A DNA stretch of 56,232 nt from a virus (Duplodnaviria; Caudoviricetes): positions 1 through 56,232 of the IMG/VR virus record IMGVR_UViG_3300028027_000068; one strand, given 5' to 3'. Under the pieces are notes generated by a model. The model ran no database searches and was not told the DNA's origin. It saw only the letters and a list, made by a program, of their open reading frames with translations. The position numbers and the translations under genes were made by a program. Position 1 is the stretch's first letter; the number at the start of each line of letters is the position of its first letter. This document shows positions 9,029-18,564 of the stretch, in pieces.

Positions 9029-10743
9029 CACAACAATCGCCAGTAGACAATGTACTAAGCAAGCTTCGCAACGTGAAGAAGGCTGGCTCCAACTGGCATG
9101 CAAGCTGCCCGTGTCGTGCTGATGACGATAACCCGTCGCTCTCTGTTAAGGAAGGTGACGATGGCCGCGTCTTGTTCTCGTGTCATTACGGCTCACCATG
9201 CAACGTGAACCAAATCTGCGAAGCATTGAACATGAAGGTCAAAGACTTGTACCCGGCAGAGAAGCAAATCACTGCCGCAACAGTGCAGAAGAAGAACAAA
9301 CTCGTCAAGGCTTACCCGTATCGCGATGAAGAGGGAACCCTGCTCTTTGAGAAGCTGCGTTTTGTTACTGAAGACGGCAAGAAGACATTCCGTCAACGCC
9401 GGCCTGACCCAAGCAACCCATCAAAGTATCTGTACGACCTTGATGGCGTACGAAAGGTGTTATACAACTTGCCCGCAGTGGTTAGGGCCGTGGCAGCAGG
9501 AGAGCCGATATGGATTGTTGAAGGAGAGAAAGACGCTGACTCACTAATTGCGCTTGGCATCACTGCGACAACAACAACACTTGGTGCTGGAGTTTGGGAA
9601 GCAGAACACACCCGTCCACTAATTGGTGCGTATATAGAAATAGTTGCAGACAATGACAAGCCTGGAATAGAACACGCACTAGACGTAGCAACGAAACTGC
9701 GCTCCGCTGGCTGCACAGTAAACACATGGGTTAGCAAGGACTTCAAAGATATATCCGACCACCTTGGCGCAGGCAAAGAGCTTGACGAATTATGCGAGAT
9801 GGATGAACAGGGTGACGTAGTAGTTCCCGACCTGGCGAGTGACTTCGTAAAGACAGTGCGCGACAAGATGCTAGATGTATTTCAGAACACCGAGCTCGAT
9901 GACTCTCAAGTCTTCAGTCGTCTTGCTCTGATTCTCGGCAATGCTCCAACGGAGAACAAGCGCGTGCATGATGGGCGTCTTGTTAAGTGGTCTGAGTTCA
10001 TCAAGGAAGAAATCGACGAGACATACCAGTGGGTTATCCCTGGTGTTATCGAAAAGCAAGAGCGAGTAATTGTTGTTGCCGCAGAGGGTGTTGGTAAAAC
10101 AATGCTTGCTCGCCAGATTGCAATTTGTTGCGCGGCCGGAATTCACCCGTTCACCTATCAACGCATGCCTCGTGTGCGCACGCTTACGGTTGACCTAGAA
10201 AACCCGGAGCGCATCATCAAGCGCACGTCCAGCAAGATTATGGCGGCAGCAATTGGACGCGGTTTTGAGACAGACATTGATGCACACCTTCTTATTAAGC
10301 CCGACGGCCTTGACTTGTGTAGCGCGGCTGATAGGGCAATGCTTGAAGCTCATATCGAACGCATTCGTCCAGAACTTATCTGTCTTGGTCCTCTCTATAA
10401 GTCGTATATCGATTCCGGAACCCGTACCTCAGAAGCTTTGGCCATCGAAGTGGCCCGCTACCTAGACCAGATTCGCGATGTCTATGGCTGCGCGCTGTGG
10501 CTGGAGCATCACGCTCCTCTTGGTTCGATGGGTTCACGCGACTTGCGCCCGTTCGGTTCGTCTGTATGGTCTCGCTGGCCAGAGTTCGGTATTGCCCTAC
10601 AGCCCGACCCGACAGCGCTGGAGGGGTTTACCTACGAGGTGCGCCATTTCCGAGGTGCTCGTGACGTACGTGAATGGCCGACTAAAATGAAACGAGGAAC
10701 TCTTTTCCCATTTGAGGTCCTCGAATTCATGAAGGTCGATTAG
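9025..10743 (+). CDS. DNA primase-helicase (Zn finger, TOPRIM, AAA_25/RecA-like)
   Basis: CPC...PSLS...C zinc domain, IVEGEKD and ADNDKPG TOPRIM motifs, Walker A AAEGVGKT. Confidence 0.88.
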   Translation: MTQQSPVDNVLSKLRNVKKAGSNWHASCPCRADDDNPSLSVKEGDDGRVLFSCHYGSPCNVNQICEALNMKVKDLYPAEKQITAATVQKKNKLVKAYPYRDEEGTLLFEKLRFVTEDGKKTFRQRRPDPSNPSKYLYDLDGVRKVLYNLPAVVRAVAAGEPIWIVEGEKDADSLIALGITATTTTLGAGVWEAEHTRPLIGAYIEIVADNDKPGIEHALDVATKLRSAGCTVNTWVSKDFKDISDHLGAGKELDELCEMDEQGDVVVPDLASDFVKTVRDKMLDVFQNTELDDSQVFSRLALILGNAPTENKRVHDGRLVKWSEFIKEEIDETYQWVIPGVIEKQERVIVVAAEGVGKTMLARQIAICCAAGIHPFTYQRMPRVRTLTVDLENPERIIKRTSSKIMAAAIGRGFETDIDAHLLIKPDGLDLCSAADRAMLEAHIERIRPELICLGPLYKSYIDSGTRTSEALAIEVARYLDQIRDVYGCALWLEHHAPLGSMGSRDLRPFGSSVWSRWPEFGIALQPDPTALEGFTYEVRHFRGARDVREWPTKMKRGTLFPFEVLEFMKVD

Positions 10744-10745
10744 TT

Positions 10746-11369
10746 ATGGCAAACAACAATGCTCTGTCCAGGGAATTCCTGGCAGAAAGAGACCTGCGCA
10801 TCTTTAAGATGAGACAGGCAGGCGTAGCCATCAACGAGATTGCGCGCCGATTCAACATGAGTTCCTCTTCGGTCAACGCGTCTATACGCCGTCAGCTTGA
10901 GAAGATGAACAGAGAGGCCCTCCTTGCCTACCCAGAGGTCCTCAGGCTTGAGCTAGAGCGCCTGGACGCCCTACAGCAGTCAATATGGCCCATGACGCAG
11001 CACAGGCGTGTAACGACAGAGGACGGCTCTGAGATGAACGTAGAGCCAGACATGAAGGCAATCCAGCAAGTCCTCTCAATTATGGACAGAAGAGCCAAGC
11101 TGCTTGGCATGGAGCAGAATAATGTCAATATTCAGCTAGACGTCAGCAATCAACAACTTCCTGTCAGGGCGGCGCTGTCTGGAGCAGAAAAAGACACAGT
11201 TGCACTGTCTGCCTTCTCCCCCGAGAACGAAGCACGCAAGCTTTTGGAGATTATGGGCCGCTCAGGTGTGCTGCCTCGTGAAACAGTTAATGCAATACTC
11301 TCTGATGGGAAGATTAACGACGAGATAATCGACGCTGAAGTGGTTGAACCAGAGGAAATAAATGAGTAA
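10746..11369 (+). CDS. HTH protein, putative terminase small subunit
   Basis: N-terminal HTH (EIARRFNMS) and ELERLDAL...D.KAI..VL.IMDRRAKLLG, a pattern typical of phage small-terminase-like proteins. Confidence 0.6.
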   Translation: MANNNALSREFLAERDLRIFKMRQAGVAINEIARRFNMSSSSVNASIRRQLEKMNREALLAYPEVLRLELERLDALQQSIWPMTQHRRVTTEDGSEMNVEPDMKAIQQVLSIMDRRAKLLGMEQNNVNIQLDVSNQQLPVRAALSGAEKDTVALSAFSPENEARKLLEIMGRSGVLPRETVNAILSDGKINDEIIDAEVVEPEEINE

Positions 11370-11682
11370 TAACGAAGAAATCGACAACATAGAGGCTGCG
11401 ATGGACAAACTTGCAGAGACCCTTGAACCAACCCGCAAGCCAAGCACTGGTTCTACTCCAGGTGAACCGGCAATGAAGCAGGTAATAATCCGAGCGACAG
11501 AATTTGACCAGGACAGATGGAAAACAGCTGCTGAAAAACAGGGTCTTTCGCTTGCTGAGTTTGTTCGTCGTGTATGCAACGAAGCAACCACTCTTGAGCT
11601 TGATTGTGCTCACCCACTACAGTTCCGCAAGACGTACCCGTGGTCAGAACGCTGCACTAAGTGCAACGCTCGTCTTCGTTAG
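11362..11682 (+). CDS. Ribbon-helix-helix protein with C-terminal Cys/His motif
   Basis: QVIIRAT...WKTAAEKQGLSLAEFVR; CAH...CTKC. Confidence 0.65.
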   Translation: MSNNEEIDNIEAAMDKLAETLEPTRKPSTGSTPGEPAMKQVIIRATEFDQDRWKTAAEKQGLSLAEFVRRVCNEATTLELDCAHPLQFRKTYPWSERCTKCNARLR

Positions 11683-11861
11683 CGATTAATAAGCTTTTCG
11701 TCAAGCTCGCTAAATAGGCGCTGATTGGCCTTGTAAAGCATGCGCGATGTGCGCTGTTCACGCTTTAGGAGCGTTGTCTTTCGGCTAACCAATGCTCCAA
11801 GCATGATGATTGTGATTATTGCTGCAATGTCTGCTGTTGTACGCATAAGTACGAACATAAC

Positions 11862-11900
11862 AAAAGCCCGAGGGTAAGTGGTGGATACCCCCGGGCTTTT
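11862..11900. terminator. Bidirectional terminator hairpin
   Basis: aaaagcccg.gggta...taccc.cgggctttt, just after the RNR stop. Confidence 0.75.
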
Positions 11901-11911
11901 GTTAGAAGCTA

Positions 11912-13840
11912 CTACTTGATTGGGCAAGCACCCGTAGCGCAGTTGTCCAAGTCAAGCTCGTCAGCAAATGACGAAGGCGAGATTGCCATGCTGAAGTCAA
12001 CCTTTGAGAGAAGCTTCTGATACGTCGCTTCGTCAATTTCTTCATAAGGAGGAAGTGGGAAGTTGTGGTCAGCATGCAGCAGGAACGATACGGACTTAAC
12101 ACCCGTGTCGTAGTTTTCTGAAAGCCATGTCTTGATGGCGGGAAGTTCTTCCTTGCGGTAGTACACAGTTACAGACACGGCATTGTCAGCCCAGTCTGTC
12201 TGCATCTTCTTAACCCATTCAAGCTGCTCTAGCGCTGTCATCTCTGCGGCGAGAACTGAACCCTCTGGAGACTGGCAAGGGAACTCAACAACATATCGCG
12301 AGTGGTCTTCGCGTCCGTCAATACCAATGTCCCATGTCACTTTGTATCCACGCTTGCGGCATGCGTCAACAAGAGGGTCAGCAGCACCAAAACGAACGCG
12401 GCGAATGTAGTGACGAGCAAATGCGGGATGCACTCCAGGTGTGACTCCTGGGAGAAGCGACAAGGTTCCGGAAGGCTGCACTGTCGTGAGACGTACTGAT
12501 ACTGGAAGATTGTTGTCGTGTGAATACTTGACGTCGTAATCACGCAAGTGTTGGTATGCAGGGTCAAGCCATGACAATTGGTCTGGTGTTGACTGCAAGA
12601 TACCCGTAATCGATTGTCCAAGTCGTGCATTCTTGCGAACGATTGCTGAAGTCTTCTCGTACGGGTAGTCCATGCGTGTGATGTTCTTCTGTGTCTTGTA
12701 GAGGAGCTCACTGATTTCTTTGAACTGTGCTAGTGACTGAATGTTAGGAAGAAACAGCGTTGCAAGGTTGCAAGACTCACCATCTGCAAGGCCAATCTCT
12801 GCGCATGGGTTAAAGCCTTCGATTGAGTTGTCAGTACGTACTTCACCAAGACGTCCAAACTTGCGTGCCAAGCGACGATTCACCAATCCGTATGGTTCAC
12901 CCGTGCCGTCGTATCCCTTCCACAACTCGGGTTGAATCTCATCGTAGTGGTCAGCGTAGATACTGTTGTTTGAGTTGGCACGATACGCAGGGATGTTTCC
13001 ACTACCCCAGTTCTTTGCACGAAGGAAGAGAACATCATCTGGGTCTCCAATAGCAATCTGTGCAGAGCGACGTGAAGAGCCCGACACAACAATCTTTCCA
13101 ATGATGTTGCAGATGTCGAGCACGTCGATTGAACGAAGCTTCTTGCCAATGCGGTTGTCCATCACTTTACAGATGTCACCAATGCCTTCGATGAGCGCGC
13201 CAGGTCCGCTTGCTGTTCCACCAAACGTCTTGAGTGGTGCTCCAAATTCACGAACCAGAATTGTTGAGTAAGAGAATGAACGACCCGTATCAAAGTAAGA
13301 CTTCAGCACGCTGTGCAAGAGACGACGCCATCCTTGACGTGAGTCGGGAACAATAATGTCTGCATCGTTGCTTCGTTCGTGAGTAATAACAACACCCGTC
13401 TTAACTTTTGGAAGGTCATGAATCTTGCTGCGTTCAACAGAGAAACCAACACCTCCACCAAGCATCAAGTAGTCAAACAAAAGTTCGAAGTCTTCTACTT
13501 TCTCGATGTTTGTGAAGTAGCAGTTGTTTAGTGAAGTTGCATTGAACTTCTTTACAAGTGGAGTACCAAGCTGCCACAGTGCGCGGCCAGAGAAGAGGCA
13601 ACGAAGATTGAACATGTGGTCGAACAGCGTTTCAGCTTCTTGTGTTGTGTATGGAACGCCAACTTCTACAGCGCCATCAATGACTCGACGAATGGTTTCT
13701 ACGAATGATTCGTTACGACCGGTACCTTCAATGGAGCGGCTGTATGTGCGGAGGAAAACGATTTCTCCGAGACCACCGAAGCCCCATGGTGGTGTTTGTG
13801 TCTTGTATTGTGCAATGAATTCGTCGGATAAAATCGACAT
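11912..13840 (-). CDS. nrdJ: Class II (B12-dependent) monomeric ribonucleotide reductase
   Basis: RTYSR, GGGVGF, RRSA, NPCAEI, TTVQPSGT, C-terminal CATGACPIK; likely start MSILSD 13840 after GAGG. Confidence 0.92.
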   Translation of the reverse strand: MSILSDEFIAQYKTQTPPWGFGGLGEIVFLRTYSRSIEGTGRNESFVETIRRVIDGAVEVGVPYTTQEAETLFDHMFNLRCLFSGRALWQLGTPLVKKFNATSLNNCYFTNIEKVEDFELLFDYLMLGGGVGFSVERSKIHDLPKVKTGVVITHERSNDADIIVPDSRQGWRRLLHSVLKSYFDTGRSFSYSTILVREFGAPLKTFGGTASGPGALIEGIGDICKVMDNRIGKKLRSIDVLDICNIIGKIVVSGSSRRSAQIAIGDPDDVLFLRAKNWGSGNIPAYRANSNNSIYADHYDEIQPELWKGYDGTGEPYGLVNRRLARKFGRLGEVRTDNSIEGFNPCAEIGLADGESCNLATLFLPNIQSLAQFKEISELLYKTQKNITRMDYPYEKTSAIVRKNARLGQSITGILQSTPDQLSWLDPAYQHLRDYDVKYSHDNNLPVSVRLTTVQPSGTLSLLPGVTPGVHPAFARHYIRRVRFGAADPLVDACRKRGYKVTWDIGIDGREDHSRYVVEFPCQSPEGSVLAAEMTALEQLEWVKKMQTDWADNAVSVTVYYRKEELPAIKTWLSENYDTGVKSVSFLLHADHNFPLPPYEEIDEATYQKLLSKVDFSMAISPSSFADELDLDNCATGACPIK

Positions 13841-13903
13841 GTAAACCTCATGTTTTGTTTGGGTGGACAATGATTGTACACCCGTGTGCATGAGAAGTAA
13901 AGC

Positions 13904-14200
13904 CTAAATAATCCCTAACTCTTTTGCTCGTGCGATTGTGACGTAGCTTCCGGCACGTGCTATGAGGACTTTCGACTTCGTAAACGGAGTGAGCTGCACT
14001 TCCTCGATGATGTCATTTTCTACAAGAATCTTTTGATTATCATTCATTGAACCCGCAGTAGCAGTTACGCCGAAGATGTGACTCGGTTCAGCTTCCGTTG
14101 TAGTGCAGTCGCCTGTCGTGTGTCCACAGATAATGCACGGCTCACGATTCGCCGGCATGAAAGGAAGGTCGCCATACAGCATCTGATAGTTGTCGCTCAT
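13904..14200 (-). CDS. Hypothetical protein with CxxC-H-C motif
   Basis: 98 aa ORF; TACCAT 6 nt upstream of ATG. Confidence 0.6.
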   Translation of the reverse strand: MSDNYQMLYGDLPFMPANREPCIICGHTTGDCTTTEAEPSHIFGVTATAGSMNDNQKILVENDIIEEVQLTPFTKSKVLIARAGSYVTIARAKELGII

Positions 14201-14326
14201 GCGTTAATGGTACGCCAGTTAGTAGTAGAGCCACATGTAGTACGCGAAAGCAATCCACCACAGTATTGCCGCGCAGGCGAAGTGCTTTAGATTTTTCATA
14301 CTCGTATATCTTACCCGTATGTAGTT

Positions 14327-14403
14327 TGGCCGGCAAGGCAGGATTTGAACCTGCGGCCTGCGGATTAGAAGTCCGATGCTCTATCCAACTGAGCTACTTG
14401 CCG
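14327..14403 (-). tRNA. tRNA-Arg(TCT)
   Basis: CGGCAAG acceptor, TAGCTCAGTTGGATAGAGC, CT-TCT-AA loop, GGTTCAAATCC, encoded CCA. Confidence 0.93.
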
Positions 14404-14453
14404 ATTTCTAATTATGCCCCTATGATGCTCTCCAGTCAAACAAGGGAGACACA

Positions 14454-14789
14454 ATGCCAAGCAAAGAATTACCGTGGGCAATTCGATATCCAGACTACGG
14501 GGTGCCATTTAAGGTCATCTCCTATGGTTCGTATGCACAGATACTGATTTACTATGCGGACTTTAAGAAGGGCCCGTTCAGCTACGAGGACCACATGACA
14601 CTGCGTTCGAAAGAGATTCGCAAAGATTCGTGGGTTAGTTCAGCAAAGAAACTTGTTGGGCTTCAGTGGCTCAAGCAACTAGATGATGGCAAGTACGTTA
14701 TTACTCCGCTTGGTTCACAAGCAGTACGTCGTATTGGCAACCGCAACGCAATTAGGCGTGCGAACCTCAAAGAGACTAAGGACGCTTAA
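14454..14789 (+). CDS. Hypothetical protein, possible winged helix
   Basis: GGGAG RBS; LV...WL......Y.IT..G wing-like pattern. Confidence 0.55.
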   Translation: MPSKELPWAIRYPDYGVPFKVISYGSYAQILIYYADFKKGPFSYEDHMTLRSKEIRKDSWVSSAKKLVGLQWLKQLDDGKYVITPLGSQAVRRIGNRNAIRRANLKETKDA

Positions 14790-15129
14790 ACCAGGCAAGA
14801 ACACGCTTGCGCAGTGAGGCTGACTTTATGTCGTTTGCTGTAATTAGTTCAGAGACAAAAGTTACGGCAGTTTGTGGGGCAACACCCGACACTGACTTGA
14901 TGAGCTCTTTGGCTTCAGTAACAACATCATCAACTTCTTTGCTGACACGTACTGTTGCTTCTTTTAGTTCTGCGCTAGAGCTAGACGTCTTAGATGGACG
15001 ACCAGGTTTTCTTTTAGCTTCTGCTTGTGCATTAGCTTTCTTTGCAGGGGCCTTAGAAGCTGCTGCCTTTTTAGCAGGAGCCTTCTTAGTAGCTGTCTTC
15101 TTTTGTGCTGGTTTCTTCTTTGCTGCCAT
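14776..15129 (-). CDS. Histone-like Lys/Ala-rich protein
   Basis: AKK/PAKK repeats and KRKPGRPSK AT-hook-like motif. Confidence 0.65.
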   Translation of the reverse strand: MAAKKKPAQKKTATKKAPAKKAAASKAPAKKANAQAEAKRKPGRPSKTSSSSAELKEATVRVSKEVDDVVTEAKELIKSVSGVAPQTAVTFVSELITANDIKSASLRKRVLAWFKRP

Positions 15130-15191
15130 GTGCCAGACATTATCACCCGTGATGCACCCGTAGTGAATGTACGTAAAGTAGCCTTGTCTTT

Positions 15192-15821
15192 ATGCGTGAA
15201 GGACCAAGAGCAGATGACACCATAGATAAGGTCGCCTTTGTGGTCGAGGCTGCATCGTTGGCAAAAGAGCTGATAGTCAAGGACGCCGGCATTGGTGAAG
15301 ACTTGACCTTTGGTCTATATGCATGGAAAGACGATTACCTTGTAGCTATCCTGCAAATGAGACCTGAGCATATGTGGATAGACAAGTACGAGCGATTCAA
15401 GAAGCTGACCAACGTGGCGTGTGTTCTTCGCAAGGCATGGAGTATTGATGAGTTTACTCTCGTGGCTGAGGGATACTGTAGTAGTGACCCGGAAGCTACC
15501 CGTGGCCTAGAGCTAGACGAGGCGTACGTGACGATGGACGAAGTGCGTTCATGCCTTACCTTTACTCACGTTAACGAGATAGAGACTGCGATAGTGACGC
15601 GGCCTTACAAACTAACAGTGCCGCGTAAGGTGGAGTATGACGAAGAGATGTACTTCCCTGGTCAGTCGATACTAAGACGCAAGGATGGCGTCATACCTGC
15701 AATGCTCCTAAGAGTGATTGACACGGTAGAACCTGACGATGTGCCTGAAGACGACGACGCTTACTATGAGGCGCTAGATGAAGGCCTGCACCAAGAAGGC
15801 TTTGTAGCGCAATGGTTCTAG
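15192..15821 (+). CDS. Hypothetical protein
   Basis: 209 aa ORF; TAGCCT 7 nt upstream. Confidence 0.65.
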   Translation: MREGPRADDTIDKVAFVVEAASLAKELIVKDAGIGEDLTFGLYAWKDDYLVAILQMRPEHMWIDKYERFKKLTNVACVLRKAWSIDEFTLVAEGYCSSDPEATRGLELDEAYVTMDEVRSCLTFTHVNEIETAIVTRPYKLTVPRKVEYDEEMYFPGQSILRRKDGVIPAMLLRVIDTVEPDDVPEDDDAYYEALDEGLHQEGFVAQWF

Positions 15822-15828
15822 ACATAGC

Positions 15829-16062
15829 ATGACAGAGCTTCAATGGTCTTGGCTATTGGCCAGCATGGGTATCGTAGGCATGTACTTCGTAGGCAAGAAG
15901 AGATGGGAAGCATTCCTGTGGCTGATTGTGATGGAGTGCCTATGGGTAGTGTTTGCTATACAGACAGGTACGTATGGGTTCATCGTTGGCTCTGTGTCCT
16001 ATGTGGCTGTGTATGCACGTAATGCAAAGCTGTGGAGAAATAGCAGCAAGAGTATTGACTAA
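15829..16062 (+). CDS. Small membrane protein, PnuC-like
   Basis: Three hydrophobic segments with W/G pattern like phage PnuC-like proteins. Confidence 0.45.
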   Translation: MTELQWSWLLASMGIVGMYFVGKKRWEAFLWLIVMECLWVVFAIQTGTYGFIVGSVSYVAVYARNAKLWRNSSKSID

Positions 16063-16091
16063 CCCATAAGGTCACCCGTATGCTGTGTGGC

Positions 16092-16280
16092 ATGAGCGAC
16101 TACGACAGGGACGACCTAGACCATGACCTATACCTAATGGTTAAGGCAGGGTTATTAGATGTGAACATGCGTGAGGATGGTGAGTGGGTATATCACGTCA
16201 CTGATGCATCGCTGAAGATGACAGAGGAAGAACGTGACTACATCATTAGTCACCTCAACGACTACGAGGACAAAGAGTAG
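16092..16280 (+). CDS. Small acidic hypothetical protein
   Basis: Start MSDYD at 16092, 7 nt after TATGCT with TTGACT at -35. Confidence 0.55.
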   Translation: MSDYDRDDLDHDLYLMVKAGLLDVNMREDGEWVYHVTDASLKMTEEERDYIISHLNDYEDKE

Positions 16281-16343
16281 TTCCACCCGTAGGTCACCCG
16301 TGATGCCGTTTGCCTGCCCTATGCGCCGGCCACGACTGAAACA

Positions 16344-16778
16344 CTAAGGCTTCATTGGGATGTCAGGAGAGTTGAGCTTGTACTCAACGTGTCCGACTAT
16401 TGCCGACGCCGGCACTGAACCAAAGTACGTGAAGCATCGCATGCCATATGGGTAGAAGTCAGAAGAGAAGTCTTCCTTAGAGTCTATTAACAACGTCTGG
16501 TCTAGGTCAGCGACACGTATCTTTACAGCTACTCCAGTGCTGAACCTGTCAAATGCTGGTGCTGTAATGTTCTTGCCATCAAACTCAAACTCAGTCACGC
16601 CATTGAGTCGTATGCCTCCTGTGAGGTTGATGAAACCAATAGCGTATGTGTCACGATTTACAAGCATGAAGCCTACGTCATCATTGCTATGAAGGCCTTG
16701 TTGTAGTGCTTCTTCTGCTTTGTCTGGCCATACTGGGGCATACAGATACTCAAGCGTGTCTTCTAATACTTCTGGCAT
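16344..16778 (-). CDS. Hypothetical protein (weak ART/Tpt1-like pattern)
   Basis: GGAGG RBS; LY....ALQQGL...Y.GSVPASAI. Confidence 0.5.
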   Translation of the reverse strand: MPEVLEDTLEYLYAPVWPDKAEEALQQGLHSNDDVGFMLVNRDTYAIGFINLTGGIRLNGVTEFEFDGKNITAPAFDRFSTGVAVKIRVADLDQTLLIDSKEDFSSDFYPYGMRCFTYFGSVPASAIVGHVEYKLNSPDIPMKP

Positions 16779-16985
16779 ATCACTAACCTCCAGTGGCTAA
16801 TTATGTATGTGCAGTTGTGCACACTACACTATCGCCGGCATCGACTATATATAGAGGGCCGTGCCCCATAAACGCGCAAATTTTTTTCACACGGCCGATT
16901 TGTGTGGGGAGACACACGCCGGTGCTTCATGGCTAATCCTCTAATAGATTTACCAGAACCACTCTTGGTCGTCATTTGGTCGTCG

Positions 16986-17240
16986 CTAGAAGTAGTCATC
17001 CATCGGTGGTAACGATGGCTCGCCGGCGAAGAGTATGTCACGCAAGACGGCAGCTATGCAGTTGCTCAGGTAAAAAGCCTCTTCGGCCTCTTGTTGTTTA
17101 CGGTTCGGTTCTAAAGAGCCGGATAGTTCGACCATTCGTCGCTGCCAGTGCTTCGCTGTTAGGTCGTGCTCGTTGTAGGCGTTGTGTAGTGCTTCATACG
17201 CTCGTAGGGCCTTTGCTTCGTCTGTCTTGTTCTCGTTCAT
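16986..17240 (-). CDS. Hypothetical protein
   Basis: 84 aa ORF in operon downstream of thyX. Confidence 0.55.
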   Translation of the reverse strand: MNENKTDEAKALRAYEALHNAYNEHDLTAKHWQRRMVELSGSLEPNRKQQEAEEAFYLSNCIAAVLRDILFAGEPSLPPMDDYF

Positions 17241-17280
17241 CCCTATTGTCCTTTAATGTCAATGACGCGGCTAAATGTAA

Positions 17281-17979
17281 TCAAGGGGCCACTCGTCCGT
17301 TATCTTTCCAAAAACCGTGAGTGATTGGCATCTTGTCTTCAAAAAATGTTTCGCATGCTGCTGCAAATTGGCGAATCTCGTGCTGAGCATCTTGTCCAAG
17401 ACGCAAGGACAGGAAATTCATCAGTGAACGAGCATTGACCGTCCAGTAGAACTCTGTGTACGCGCCTACCGGAATGACGCTACGCGCCAGTTCTTTGGCT
17501 AAGCCCTGGCTAAGGAGGTCCTGGTACGTATTCCAGGCACTCTCGTAGGCATTGGTCATGACGCTATCGATATGAGCGCATACGGCTTCGTCGTCAATCG
17601 GCTCGAAGGTGTAGCTGCCTGGCTTGCCGGTCTGGGTTCGCATGTCTTCCCAGTCGGGAACGTAGAACTCTTCAATCATCTCTGAGTAGCGGCCTGAGTA
17701 CTCGTTGAACGACCCCATGCGGTGTCGGAACCACTCGCGCGCGACGAATATCGGGCACTTGACATGAAACATGAAGCTATTGTGCTCAAACGGCGTTCCG
17801 TGACGGTGCTCCATCAGGAAGCGTATAAGTTGAACATCGGCCGGCGTCATCGATTCGGTTGACTTCCCAAAAGACACACGTGCCGAGTTAACAACACTAA
17901 TGTCCTTCGCCATTGAGTCCACCAGACGGACAAATCCATAGTCCAGTACTGTGTGCGTACTACCCATCCACTCGGTCAT
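17281..17979 (-). CDS. thyX: Flavin-dependent thymidylate synthase
   Basis: ARVS, HGTPFEH, REWFRHR...NEYSGRY, ARSL, AQHEIR motifs. Confidence 0.95.
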   Translation of the reverse strand: MTEWMGSTHTVLDYGFVRLVDSMAKDISVVNSARVSFGKSTESMTPADVQLIRFLMEHRHGTPFEHNSFMFHVKCPIFVAREWFRHRMGSFNEYSGRYSEMIEEFYVPDWEDMRTQTGKPGSYTFEPIDDEAVCAHIDSVMTNAYESAWNTYQDLLSQGLAKELARSVIPVGAYTEFYWTVNARSLMNFLSLRLGQDAQHEIRQFAAACETFFEDKMPITHGFWKDNGRVAP

Positions 17980-18130
17980 TATTTATATTCCCTCTTTGTT
18001 GTTCGGATTAATTTATCGAAACTGTATTGTTTTCCAGCTATTGTGTTTTTCATGTACATATAGATAAACAGGTGCCCAATTATGATTCCTAGCTCAAATG
18101 CTATAAATATCTGTAAAAAACTGGTGACCA

Positions 18131-18334
18131 TTACACTGTCGATTTCTTTATATCTAAGCCAAGAGAGTGAGCAAAAGCTCGAGCCTCATCTGGAGATACG
18201 AAGGTAGCCCCAATGTGGTGCGCACCAGAACGCTGGCGTATTAGTACCCACTCGTCTTTTTCGAACATCTTGACTACATGGTAGGAGTCATCTCCCTTAA
18301 TTTGGATTCCCTCGGAAACGAAGTCGTAAATCAT
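18131..18334 (-). CDS. Hypothetical protein
   Basis: ATGA-coupled small ORF. Confidence 0.5.
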   Translation of the reverse strand: MIYDFVSEGIQIKGDDSYHVVKMFEKDEWVLIRQRSGAHHIGATFVSPDEARAFAHSLGLDIKKSTV

Positions 18335-18564
18335 TTTTTCTCAGCTTTCATTTTCAGTTCGTATGCAGCTACGTGGTCAGCGCACTGACATACCTTGTCA
18401 TTTAGTTCGCACATCACGACATCGTAGAGACCCCAGGCGATTTCTTGCCATTCACTAGCAAGGCGCGTCTCATCAGCCAAATTGTTGAGTAGTTCACTGG
18501 CATGCTTGCCACAGATTCGCACCGGCTCAAAGCCGGCGAACTTACACCGGCATGGGAGCTTCAT
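18331..18564 (-). CDS. Hypothetical Cys-containing protein
   Basis: ATGA-coupled small ORF. Confidence 0.5.
   Translation of the reverse strand: MKLPCRCKFAGFEPVRICGKHASELLNNLADETRLASEWQEIAWGLYDVVMCELNDKVCQCADHVAAYELKMKAEKK

Noticed and set aside
11912-13840. Intein or intron in the RNR
   Set aside because: Length is normal for monomeric class II RNR; no intein splice motifs or frame breaks seen
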